Part shown: piece by piece, positions 43,325 to 52,713 of the stretch
Layout: each line of letters starts with the position of its first letter
How positions within the stretch are numbered: position 1 is the stretch's first letter
IMG/VR virus record: IMGVR_UViG_3300024433_001307
Span: 1,029-65,028 of that record
Origin: a virus
Taxonomy: Duplodnaviria > Caudoviricetes
DNA length: 64,000 nt
Reading direction: 5' to 3' (one strand)
The notes under the pieces: model-generated
Seen by the model: the letters and a program-made list of their open reading frames with translations, nothing else
Database searches by the model: none
Told to the model about the DNA's origin: nothing
Program-made: the position numbers and the translations under genes

Positions 43325-45100
43325 GTGCCAGGTACATTTGTATATAATCGTTCCACTAAGGTGCTTGATATTACAGGTGGTACCGCAGGAGCTCCTGCGA
43401 GATTCTCAGGCCTGTACCAAGCAGATTTGAATGGAGATTTGCAATTGATGGCTCCTGCCGCTCCTGTTGCGAATATGAATCTTGATATACAAATCCAACC
43501 AGCAGACTGGAAGGTATTGAGGTTACGATTTATATTAGTTGGAACTGGAGCGGGTGCCGGTGATACGATTGTTGTTGATGGTTATAGCCAGACAGGTGAG
43601 AAAATCATAGAAACAATTTCCGTAGCAGGAGGTAATGGTACTTATTATACAACGTATTCTTTTAAGCAAATGGAGCCAAATGGGATTGATTGTGTAGGTG
43701 CTGGATTCGCTGGTGGTCCCGGTACTGTGGAAATTAAACAGGACAGGTGGGGTATTTGTACTGAAGTTTATACAGATGCACAGTATTATTTACATAGTGT
43801 TGGTGATGTGGGTCCTATTCTTGAAAAGATAAATTTTGGGGATGGAACAACAAGCACCTATTTTATTTCTCGTGATGAGTGTATTACATTTGAATATCCT
43901 TCGGCGTGGGAACTTCATGACAATGCTACGTTGAAGATAGGTGTTAAGAATGGTAATAGAGGCACTAACGGCTCATTTTGGTTCTTTGGTTTTGTTGGTG
44001 ATGCCATAGCTTCAGGAAATACTCCCTCGCTTTATATATATGGGAGTATTATTATAAGCCAAGACCCTAATGGAAATGTAGATTTTCATGACCAAACTGT
44101 CATTGAAATAATAGATTCATTTTTCCAGGGATATGCAAGACAATGGGGTGTTAATAATGGAGGCATTCGATTCATAGATGAATCTTCATCAGGTGTTTCG
44201 ATTAAGAATACTTCCTTTATAGGTTTTCGGGGTGTGCAGATGCCTCTTGGAGTTTTTGAAGATGTTATTATTGCTTATGCACGAGATGGAATCTGGGTGG
44301 ATGGTTTGAATCTTATGATAGAAGGTTTGTTGATTGAAGATTGTGACCTTGAAGATATAGTAGTAAAAACTGGAAATGAAATAAGGTTAAGAAATCCTCT
44401 TTATGTGATAACAACACCAGTAATCCAACATGCTGATGGAAAGGTGAGGGTTGAATTCACTTGTGATATTCATGTAGTGGATAAGGATGGTGGTAATCTT
44501 CCCAATGTAACCATTGTATGCAAAGATAAATATGATAATATCGTATTTACACAGACAACGACAGCCGATGGAACCATAACACAACAAGTAATTGATTACA
44601 AGTTGTGGGAAGGCACATCTGAAATCCTTACAGAATACCCTCCTCATAAATTTATATTCATACATGCGGATTATCCTGAATTGATAATGAGTAATGTGAC
44701 GGTTGATGAGGCAGTAGATTGGGAGGTTGATATGGGGCAAAGTACAAGTGATTTAGAAACCATTGTAGCTGGTCAGGTTGCAGCAATACAAGCCAAGACT
44801 GATAATCTTCCAAATGACCCAGCCGACGCCTCAGATATAGCGGCATCTTTTGCCGCTCTGAATGATATAACCGTAGCAGAGATATTGGCGGCAGTGGGTG
44901 TAACAGAAGGAGGAACATGGCAATTGGATAAGGTTTTGAAAATTATGGCTGCCTGGTGTGCTGGTAATTGGAGGTTCAAGTCCGGTTCCACTACAATTAG
45001 AGAATTGTTGGATGCTGAAGATAGTTCCACAGTGATATTGGAAATGGTATTGAGACAGGCACCGGAGGCTCCTCATAGGTCTATTACGGTGAAAATATGA
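43325..45100 (+). CDS. Large beta-rich putative virion protein (possible beta-helix adhesin)
   Basis: 591 aa, Gly/Thr/Asp/Ile-rich beta repeats, Ig-like VVDKDG...TTADG segment. Confidence 0.55.
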   Translation: MPGTFVYNRSTKVLDITGGTAGAPARFSGLYQADLNGDLQLMAPAAPVANMNLDIQIQPADWKVLRLRFILVGTGAGAGDTIVVDGYSQTGEKIIETISVAGGNGTYYTTYSFKQMEPNGIDCVGAGFAGGPGTVEIKQDRWGICTEVYTDAQYYLHSVGDVGPILEKINFGDGTTSTYFISRDECITFEYPSAWELHDNATLKIGVKNGNRGTNGSFWFFGFVGDAIASGNTPSLYIYGSIIISQDPNGNVDFHDQTVIEIIDSFFQGYARQWGVNNGGIRFIDESSSGVSIKNTSFIGFRGVQMPLGVFEDVIIAYARDGIWVDGLNLMIEGLLIEDCDLEDIVVKTGNEIRLRNPLYVITTPVIQHADGKVRVEFTCDIHVVDKDGGNLPNVTIVCKDKYDNIVFTQTTTADGTITQQVIDYKLWEGTSEILTEYPPHKFIFIHADYPELIMSNVTVDEAVDWEVDMGQSTSDLETIVAGQVAAIQAKTDNLPNDPADASDIAASFAALNDITVAEILAAVGVTEGGTWQLDKVLKIMAAWCAGNWRFKSGSTTIRELLDAEDSSTVILEMVLRQAPEAPHRSITVKI

Positions 45101-45765
45101 TTGAGTGTGAATGTGGTTGTGGTCAAGAAGTTAAGTCCAATAGGAGGTATCTTTATGGACATAATAGAAAGGGAAAATATCACATTGAAGAAACTATAGA
45201 AAAAATGAAAAAAAGACATCCTACTGAAGAAACCAAGAGAAAAATGAGTATATCTCATATAAAGAGGCTTACAAAAGAGATTAGAAAAGGAATGAGTTGT
45301 CGTCAATTGAAAGTTTGGCAGAATCCTGAACATAGACGAAAAGTAAGTGAGACTATGACGAGGCTTTGGCAGGATTCTAATTATGCAGAAAGACAGATTA
45401 GGGCAAGTTTTGCTGGAAATAATTTGAAACCCACCAAACCAGAGAGGAGATTGCGAAATGGTCTTAATAAAATGTTTCCAGGAGAATACAAATATGTTGG
45501 AGATGGTCAAATCTTTATTGGTTATAAGAATCCTGATTTCGTAAATGTAAATGGACAAAAGAAGATTATAGAATTATTTGGTGATTATTGGCATGGTGAG
45601 GAAAGAACCAATAGAACAAAGAAACAAGAAGAAACCCAAAGAATAAATCATTTTAAGAGATATGGTTTTAGAACTTTGATTGTTTGGGAATGTGAATTGA
45701 AAGATATATCTAAATTAAGGAAGAAACTCTTACAATTTCACAAGGCACAACGGGTGAAAATATAA
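45097..45765 (+). CDS. Free-standing homing endonuclease (NUMOD3 repeats + Vsr/DUF559-like nuclease)
   Basis: CECGCG, HIEETIEKM/EETKRKMS repeats, NPDF...IIELFGDYWH...GFRTLIVWE. Confidence 0.85.
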   Translation: MIECECGCGQEVKSNRRYLYGHNRKGKYHIEETIEKMKKRHPTEETKRKMSISHIKRLTKEIRKGMSCRQLKVWQNPEHRRKVSETMTRLWQDSNYAERQIRASFAGNNLKPTKPERRLRNGLNKMFPGEYKYVGDGQIFIGYKNPDFVNVNGQKKIIELFGDYWHGEERTNRTKKQEETQRINHFKRYGFRTLIVWECELKDISKLRKKLLQFHKAQRVKI

Positions 45766-46310
45766 TGAGTTTGGTTATTGTAACAGGTGATTACATATCA
45801 GCTATTACAGGAGGTGTTTATAAGCTAATGAGTTCGGCAAGAGCCAGAGAAAAAGGAGATGTCTTACTTCATACTCCGTCTATCATATTGGCCGATTATA
45901 TTATTGGTACCTTATCAGATATGGGACGTCATTCTTCTGGAGATGATTGGCCTTTATTTGTTAGTTATTTACCGGAAGGGGATACCGTTCCTGTTGATTG
46001 CGGAGCCATTTATGATACCGCAGGTATTTTAGATGGTAGAACCGGTCAAGGAGAGGTTATTCAGCATTATGGTTTTATGATACATATTCGGTCTTCTGTT
46101 TATGATGTTGGTTGGAAGAAGGCAGAAGAAATAGCAGATGATTTGAGTGAATGTTCTAATAACTTGATTACTGTGGATTCAACAGAATATCTGATTTGCA
46201 ATGTCACTCGTACCTCTCCTGTTACTTATTTGGGTTTAGACAAAGATACTGAAAGGGTATTTTTGTTTTCTGTTAATTTTATTACCACATTAAAAAAAAT
46301 TGAAAGTTAG
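45765..46310 (+). CDS. Tail terminator protein
   Basis: IYDTAG..DGR...QHYG..I.IRS...LGLD...FSVNF; precedes the tail tube gene. Confidence 0.7.
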   Translation: MSLVIVTGDYISAITGGVYKLMSSARAREKGDVLLHTPSIILADYIIGTLSDMGRHSSGDDWPLFVSYLPEGDTVPVDCGAIYDTAGILDGRTGQGEVIQHYGFMIHIRSSVYDVGWKKAEEIADDLSECSNNLITVDSTEYLICNVTRTSPVTYLGLDKDTERVFLFSVNFITTLKKIES

Positions 46311-46335
46311 AGTTTAATTTTGAAAGGGTAGTGCA

Positions 46336-46779
46336 ATGAGTAGAGTTGATGATGGACATAGCACCACTATAGAATTTGGGGACCAGCCCAGTGGAACTGG
46401 TCCAGGAATCACATTCTGGGAGAAAGAAGTTACTCCTCCTGGTTTGGATGGTGGTGGTGAGAACGACACCACTACTATGAGGAATCTTGTGTATAGGACT
46501 CGTTCTCCCAAGAAGCTCATCACCTTGACAGAAATGACTATCTTGGTATCGTATGACATCGGCTTCTACGATGACATCTTGGATTTATTGAATAACAACC
46601 AATTGATTACTATTACCTTCCCTGATGATACTACTTTGGCATTTTGGGGGTGGTTAGATAAATTCATCCCCAATAACTTCATAGAAGGTGAACAGCCGAC
46701 AGCCACCATCACCATCGTGCCCTCCAATCAGAATGAATCTGGTGTTGAAACTGCTCCTGATTATCAAGAAGCTGCCTAA
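46336..46779 (+). CDS. Major tail tube protein
   Basis: VTPPGLDGG...DTTTM...ITFPD...FWGWL...EGEQPTA. Confidence 0.8.
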   Translation: MSRVDDGHSTTIEFGDQPSGTGPGITFWEKEVTPPGLDGGGENDTTTMRNLVYRTRSPKKLITLTEMTILVSYDIGFYDDILDLLNNNQLITITFPDDTTLAFWGWLDKFIPNNFIEGEQPTATITIVPSNQNESGVETAPDYQEAA

Positions 46780-46837
46780 GGTAGATGGGTATAGTAAATT
46801 TGCTGAGAATGAGATTCTTACAATGATTCAACGAGAG

Positions 46838-46908
46838 CCTATATGTAGGGTCAGGACAAGCTGTGTTTGGGCAAGAGCATGGGCCCTGTGGGCTAAATTT
46901 AAGGGTAT
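46838..46908 (+). repeat. 71-bp intergenic element, copy 2 (inverted relative to 19888-19958)
   Basis: CCTATATGTAGG-N35-CCTGTGGGCTAAATTTAAGGGTAT. Confidence 0.8.
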
Positions 46909-46977
46909 ACGGGACGATTTAGCAGCTATCAGCCCGAATCAACTAATAATGGGTTTTTACTTTGGAAAGGATGTAGT

Positions 46978-47337
46978 ATGAACGAGCTAAAATTTTCATT
47001 AAAATTGAAGGAGGTTTCTGTTGAACTTACAGATTCCTCCGGAGTAGCCAAGAAGTATATCTTGAGAGAATTGTCTGGAGAGGCACGGGATACGTTTCTT
47101 GATAATGTAGGTAGTAGAGTTCAATATGATGCAGAAGGAAAGTTTAGGTCCTTGTCAAGTCTTAAAGGACTGCAATCTGGTCTATTAACTCTTTGCCTCT
47201 TTGACGACCAAAAGAAAGCTGTTGAACCGAAAACCCTTGATAAATATCCTGCAACCGTGCTCGCCAAATTGTTTGAAGTGGCTCAGACATTGAGTGCTCT
47301 TGATATTGAAGGTGTTAGCGAAGCAAAAAACGATTAG
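46978..47337 (+). CDS. Tail assembly chaperone (gpG-like)
   Basis: Lies between tube and tape measure genes; ends EAKND over a slippery site. Confidence 0.82.
   Translation: MNELKFSLKLKEVSVELTDSSGVAKKYILRELSGEARDTFLDNVGSRVQYDAEGKFRSLSSLKGLQSGLLTLCLFDDQKKAVEPKTLDKYPATVLAKLFEVAQTLSALDIEGVSEAKND
47325..47331 (+). other. -1 programmed frameshift site A AAA AAC
   Basis: The -1 frame (CGA TTA GAA...) is open and in frame with ORF 47364-47690. Confidence 0.8.
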
Positions 47338-47690
47338 AAGGTGAGACGTTAGCGTGGTATAGATTGGCGTCTCATCTGCACCTTCCACTTCAAGAGGTAA
47401 AGGCTAAGACATCGTCTACGGAATTTATACAATGGATGGAATACTTAGAAAGAGAGGTTAATGCTTTTCATCGTGAAGATTATTATTTGGCCCAAATTGT
47501 TGCTGCGATATTTAAGGTTAATGTCGAGCATCCCAGAAGAGTTCGACTTGAAGACTTTCTTTTGAAATTTCGAACCAAAAAGAAAGGAGAGGCTAAGGTT
47601 AAAGTAGGTTGGAAAGAAAGAATGAGACGGTCTAAAAGTTTTTGGTTAGGTGCTTTAGGGTTGAAAGGAAAACTAAAAGATGGCAGGTGA
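47331..47690 (+). CDS. Tail assembly chaperone frameshift extension (gpGT-like)
   Basis: WYRLASHL...SSTEFIQWMEY...REDYYLAQI. Confidence 0.78.
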   Translation, partial: RLEGETLAWYRLASHLHLPLQEVKAKTSSTEFIQWMEYLEREVNAFHREDYYLAQIVAAIFKVNVEHPRRVRLEDFLLKFRTKKKGEAKVKVGWKERMRRSKSFWLGALGLKGKLKDGR

Positions 47691-50358
47691 TACACTTGAC
47701 CTTGGTAATTTACTGATTCATCTAAGAGCTGACAATGCTCAATATAAAAGAGTATTGGGAGGTTCCTTAAAACTGTTGAAAGGCACCATGAGTAAGATGA
47801 GTAAATATGCAAGAAGAGGAGCATTGGCAATGATAGGGCTTGGTGCTGCTTCTGTTAAAGCCTATGCGAGTTTTGATGATGCTATGACAAAATCATTAGC
47901 CATTATGGGAGATGTCTCTCCTAAGATGAGAAAGGAAATGGAAATCACAGCAAGGATGATGGCTGTTAAGAGTGTCACATCAGCAACGACATTGGCAAAA
48001 AGTTATTTCTATCTGGCATCAGCAGGATTAGGTGTTAAACAGTCAATAGCAGCTTTGCCGGCTGTTGAGAAATTTGCGGTGGCAGGTGCTTTTGATATGG
48101 CGGAGGCTACTACTTTGGCAATGGATGCTCAAAGTGCATTGGGGTTAAGAACTAAAGAAGCTCAAAAGAATCTGACAAATCTAACCAGAGTGACAGATGT
48201 TTTAGTAGGTGCAAATACCTTGGCTAATGCCAATACTCGTCAATTCTCTGCATCCTTAACGACACAAGCTGGTCCTGCTATGAAGGCCTATAATGTCAGA
48301 TTGGAGGAAGGGGTGGCAATGTTGGCTGCCTATGCGGAGCAAGGTATCAAGGGAGAACATGCAGGAGCAATGTATGGTAGAATGCTTCGTTTAATGATGA
48401 AAGGTCATCGAGATAATGCCGAAGCCTGGAAGAAAATGAATATACAAATTTTTGATGCCACTGGTGAATTACTTCCAATGCATCAAATAATTAAGAATCT
48501 TACCAAAGCCATAGGTAATTTATCTACGGAACAGAAGATAGTGGCTTTGGATATGCTTGGATTTCAAGCTCGTTCCCAACAAGCTATTCTTCCTATATTA
48601 GGAATGGGAGATGCTGTAGAAGAATACACAAAAAGACTTGATGAAATGAGTGGCATTACCAGAGAGGTGGCATTAAAACAATTGAAATCTTTTTCATCCC
48701 AGATGAAAATACTTTGGAATAATATAAAGGATGTTGCCATTTCCATAGGAAGTAGATTGGCTCCATCTATTCAAAAAATAGGTTTGTGGGTAAGGGAAAA
48801 TCGATTAGTTATTGAGGATTGGGCGATTGCTTTTACTGATAGAGTGGTTTTTATTAAAGATATGTTATGGGATTTATTAAACTTTTTGAGAACAGATTTT
48901 ACGACAGGTTTTGGAGGTGTTTTGCATACGATTCTTATTTTAATGAAAGCTGCTGCAAAGATGGCAATTGATTTGGCTATTAGAACGGGTAAGGGTCTTT
49001 GGAGAGCCATTAAGAAAAGCATCATCAGCAGTGTACGTGGAGAGGATATACTTGAGGAATATAAGAAACTCGGTGGTCAATTTGGAGTTAAAGGTGGAAA
49101 GAAAATTGGTGTTCCCATAAAGGGACAGAGAGGTCCTATGTTTTCTTTGGCCCGTGCTGAAAGAACCATGAGGGTGCAAAGAGAATTGTGGGAGGAAGCA
49201 GAACAGAAAGCCAAAGAAAGTGCCCAAAGTCGGGTTGTAGAAGGTGTTATGAAAGGATATGGTGCAAGTGTTAAAAGATATATGCAAGAAGCCATTGATG
49301 ATATAAAAGATAGTAGTGTGGAGGTTGGTTCTATTTTGCAAAAGAATTTGGCAGTATTGCATGGTAAAGATACACAACGAAAGGTTGAACGGCTATGGCA
49401 AGAAGCGAAGAAAGCCGCAGAACCTTATGGTAATATACTCAAGGGTATGAAGAATTCCATTATGGAATTGGTTACTTTTGGTACGGGGAAGAAGAAAATC
49501 ATATCTGAATTGATAGATATTGAAGGAATAGATGAATTTGCTGAGGATAAACTAAATGCTCTACGGTCAATGCTTTCTGAGATGGGTAGGATGAGTAGAG
49601 AACTTTATGATGTAGAAATAAAATTGCTCGATATGCAATTGGAGGAATATAAAAAATTCATAGATGATAAAGATATCCTAAATCAATGGTATTTGGAACA
49701 GGTTCGTAAATTGGATATCGAATTATTGAAATCATCTGATAGTTTAATTGATGGTTTTAAGGCTGCTGGTATGCAGATGAAAGAAGAAATCAAAACATGG
49801 GGTGAAGTTGCTTATGATGTAGCAATGAGCATGAAGACAGAATTCGGTAATTCCATGTATGAGATGATAGAGAATGCCAAAACTTTCAAAGAAGCCATGT
49901 TAGGAGTTCTTGATGCTGTTCGACGGGCTATAATTAGAGCAATAACAGAGAAGATGGCGGCACAGTTAATGAGTGGATTCATGGGATTTATGGGTGGGGG
50001 AGGAGCAACAGTGGCCACCGGTGCTGTAATAAATCATGGAAGAATGATGCCTTTTGCAAGCGGTGGTTTAGTGTCTAATCCTACTTTCTTTCCTATGGCT
50101 AAAGGTGATGTAGGATTGATGGGTGAAAGAGGCGAAGAGGCTATAATGCCTTTGACAAGAAGAGGTGGTAAATTGGGAGTAGAAGCGGAAGGAATGGGAA
50201 CTAAAAATTTTACAGCCAATTTCAATATCAGTTCGATAGATTCACAGGATACATTAAGAGCGGTTGCTCCATTAAAGAAACATTTTCAGGATTGGATGAG
50301 GGAGGCATTGAATAGTCAACATCCTTTAAGACAGGATATAATAGAATTGGGTAGATAA
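47680..50358 (+). CDS. Tape measure protein (TP901-type core)
   Basis: FDDAM...LASAG...AEQGIKG..AG...; C-terminal FASGG...MGERGEEAIMPL. Confidence 0.93.
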   Translation: MAGDTLDLGNLLIHLRADNAQYKRVLGGSLKLLKGTMSKMSKYARRGALAMIGLGAASVKAYASFDDAMTKSLAIMGDVSPKMRKEMEITARMMAVKSVTSATTLAKSYFYLASAGLGVKQSIAALPAVEKFAVAGAFDMAEATTLAMDAQSALGLRTKEAQKNLTNLTRVTDVLVGANTLANANTRQFSASLTTQAGPAMKAYNVRLEEGVAMLAAYAEQGIKGEHAGAMYGRMLRLMMKGHRDNAEAWKKMNIQIFDATGELLPMHQIIKNLTKAIGNLSTEQKIVALDMLGFQARSQQAILPILGMGDAVEEYTKRLDEMSGITREVALKQLKSFSSQMKILWNNIKDVAISIGSRLAPSIQKIGLWVRENRLVIEDWAIAFTDRVVFIKDMLWDLLNFLRTDFTTGFGGVLHTILILMKAAAKMAIDLAIRTGKGLWRAIKKSIISSVRGEDILEEYKKLGGQFGVKGGKKIGVPIKGQRGPMFSLARAERTMRVQRELWEEAEQKAKESAQSRVVEGVMKGYGASVKRYMQEAIDDIKDSSVEVGSILQKNLAVLHGKDTQRKVERLWQEAKKAAEPYGNILKGMKNSIMELVTFGTGKKKIISELIDIEGIDEFAEDKLNALRSMLSEMGRMSRELYDVEIKLLDMQLEEYKKFIDDKDILNQWYLEQVRKLDIELLKSSDSLIDGFKAAGMQMKEEIKTWGEVAYDVAMSMKTEFGNSMYEMIENAKTFKEAMLGVLDAVRRAIIRAITEKMAAQLMSGFMGFMGGGGATVATGAVINHGRMMPFASGGLVSNPTFFPMAKGDVGLMGERGEEAIMPLTRRGGKLGVEAEGMGTKNFTANFNISSIDSQDTLRAVAPLKKHFQDWMREALNSQHPLRQDIIELGR

Positions 50359-50360
50359 TT

Positions 50361-51191
50361 ATGGATGTGATAAATAATGATGTAACCAAAGATTTTTCAT
50401 ATGCCTTACATTACCAAGAGAATTGGAATGTAGAAATTGTAAGATTGGATGGTAAGGCTGAGCAAAGAAATCTACCTGATGTGTATCCAGACCGTAGATG
50501 GTTTATCAATTTCAATTATTTAGAAGCAGCAGATAGACAGTCTATTTTGGATTTTCATCGCAGGGCAAGGGGTGAATATACTTCATTCAGATTAGACGAT
50601 GTTAATAATAATACATCTACCTGCCAATTTATTCAAGCCAAACATGATATAACTGCGGCAAGTGCTGCTAATGAGACTTTCAAAATAGCTGGAGACCATA
50701 GAGCTGATTTTTCTGCTGGTACTAAATTTATGATAGACGGCTCTGCCGGTGCAGTGCATGATGGCGATTGGGTTGTTGATTCTGTAACCTTAAGCGGGTC
50801 AGATACTTTAATAACGGTAACAGGAAATGTCAGCAGTGATTCTACTTCCGGTCATATTCTGCATAGCGAATTTCAATTGTTCAAAACCTATGCTGAAGGA
50901 GGTTCAGGAGATACAGAGGATTGGGATGAAGATATTTATGATATTCAACCTGGAGAGATAACAGTAGAAGTGGATGATGTTGAAGTTGATGAGGGTACTG
51001 ATTATACTTTGGATGATTCAACAGGTGTCATCGTTTTTACTGCTGGTAATACTCCAGCTGATACTTCTATTATAGAAGCTATATTCAAATTCTATTTTAG
51101 AGTTCGTTTTGATACCCCCTATTCGGAAACTCTTAGAGATAAAGGTGAATGGGAAGTTAGAGGATTGGAATTGGTTGAGGTTAAACCATGA
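50361..51191 (+). CDS. Distal tail protein (DUF2460-like) with an inserted domain
   Basis: EQRN...ARG....F...FQLFKTY...TGVIVF...FYFRVRFD. Confidence 0.75.
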   Translation: MDVINNDVTKDFSYALHYQENWNVEIVRLDGKAEQRNLPDVYPDRRWFINFNYLEAADRQSILDFHRRARGEYTSFRLDDVNNNTSTCQFIQAKHDITAASAANETFKIAGDHRADFSAGTKFMIDGSAGAVHDGDWVVDSVTLSGSDTLITVTGNVSSDSTSGHILHSEFQLFKTYAEGGSGDTEDWDEDIYDIQPGEITVEVDDVEVDEGTDYTLDDSTGVIVFTAGNTPADTSIIEAIFKFYFRVRFDTPYSETLRDKGEWEVRGLELVEVKP

Positions 51192-52261
51192 GAAATTTAG
51201 ATTCTGGATTCTTAGCTCATTTAGCTGGAGATGAATTGAATCTAACGGAATTATTCTCCATCGAATTGACTAATGGTACTATCTATTATTATACCACTCA
51301 CAATAGAGATATTATTTGGGATGCCGCTTCTAATATCTATAGTCATGATTTACCTATGAGAAGAGGGGATGCTCAATTGTCTATGGATTCGGAAGCTGAT
51401 AATATGCAAGTGGTCATTGCCAATATAATAGGAGATGTCGCCACAAAGGTTAAGAATAATTTGCTTAATGAAGCCGTGCTCACCATCAAGATAATTAGAT
51501 GGGATGATGATTATGCTGCTGATAAAGAAATAATTATATTCGTGGGTATCATACGAGTATCATATAATCGACAACAGGCAACATTCGAACTTAAACAGAG
51601 AGAAGAATCATTATCCACCAAATTTCCGCTTTATGCTTATCAAGAACCATGCAATCATAATTTATTTGATAACCATCCAAGAAGATGCACCTTGACCAGA
51701 AGCAATTATGCTTATGCTGGCACGGCTACGGGAGGTAGTATATCTACTTTGATAGATACCACAAGAGGAATTATATATAAGGTAAATTTCGATGGAGGAG
51801 ATGATAGTGCTCCTATAGAAATTGGAGATACCGTAACAGGTCAAGCCGGGAGTGGAACGGGTGTTGTGGTCAATATCGTTTATCTAACATCGAGTACAGG
51901 TACAATATGGTATGTGGAACAATCTGGAGCACAATTTGTCAATGATGAGGAATTACAAAATATCGGTAGTGATTCAATATATGTAAATGGAACACCTGCC
52001 GAGAATACCACTTTTTATGAAAGAGGAGAATTAGAAATCACCAGTGGAGATAACACAGGTTTATCCTTTACCATTTTATCTATGTCGGGTAATACCATAA
52101 CCATTCTTAATGTATTTCCCTTTATTATGGTATCGGGAGTGTCTTATAATATATATCCGTCTTGTGGATATGATGCCGATATATGCAAGAGCAGATTTAA
52201 TAATGATGAACATTTTTTAGGTTTCTTGCATACACCTAATGTTGAAGAGGTTTTCATGTAA
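51188..52261 (+). CDS. Tail hub protein (DUF2163/BR0599-like, Fe-S cysteines)
   Basis: YYTTHNRDI, YQEPCNHNLFD...C, SCG....C..RFNN...FLGF...P. Confidence 0.8.
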   Translation: MRNLDSGFLAHLAGDELNLTELFSIELTNGTIYYYTTHNRDIIWDAASNIYSHDLPMRRGDAQLSMDSEADNMQVVIANIIGDVATKVKNNLLNEAVLTIKIIRWDDDYAADKEIIIFVGIIRVSYNRQQATFELKQREESLSTKFPLYAYQEPCNHNLFDNHPRRCTLTRSNYAYAGTATGGSISTLIDTTRGIIYKVNFDGGDDSAPIEIGDTVTGQAGSGTGVVVNIVYLTSSTGTIWYVEQSGAQFVNDEELQNIGSDSIYVNGTPAENTTFYERGELEITSGDNTGLSFTILSMSGNTITILNVFPFIMVSGVSYNIYPSCGYDADICKSRFNNDEHFLGFLHTPNVEEVFM

Positions 52262-52713
52262 TGGAAATTGGGGAACGAATAGCACGGGAAGCTCTTAATT
52301 GGATTGGTGTTCCTTATCAACATCGTGCTATGACTAAGAATGGTTGTGATTGTACTGGTTTGATTTTAGGTGTATTGAAGACTTTAGGATATTTGGGGAA
52401 TTATAAGGTTAGAGAATATCCTATTGATTGGAATTTGCATGGTATGGCTGATGACCATATTCGTGATGAATTATTGAAAGTAACAAATGAAATATCAGGT
52501 TCTGAAAAACTTCTTAAAGGAGATATTCTATTATTTTGGTTTGGAAGGTGTGTATCTCATATAGGAATATATATTGGAGATAGACAATTTGTTCATAGTT
52601 GGAGAAATGCTAAAAAATGTAAGATAGCTCCATTGATGAATAAAAATGGTTGGGCCAGTAGATTTGATTCAGCATACAGATTTGATTCAAAGAAATTGGG
52701 ATTAGATATATGA
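52261..52713 (+). CDS. NlpC/P60 tail-associated peptidase
   Basis: WIGVPYQH...GCDCTGLI...GDILLF...HIGIY...FVHS. Confidence 0.92.
   Translation: MEIGERIAREALNWIGVPYQHRAMTKNGCDCTGLILGVLKTLGYLGNYKVREYPIDWNLHGMADDHIRDELLKVTNEISGSEKLLKGDILLFWFGRCVSHIGIYIGDRQFVHSWRNAKKCKIAPLMNKNGWASRFDSAYRFDSKKLGLDI

Noticed and set aside
45097-45765. Group I intron around the homing endonuclease
   Set aside because: The ORF overlaps both neighbours directly, with no flanking non-coding structure.
46688-46981. 97-aa plus-strand ORF between tail tube and chaperone
   Set aside because: It overlaps the tube gene out of frame, has no RBS and atypical composition, and spans the duplicated non-coding element.
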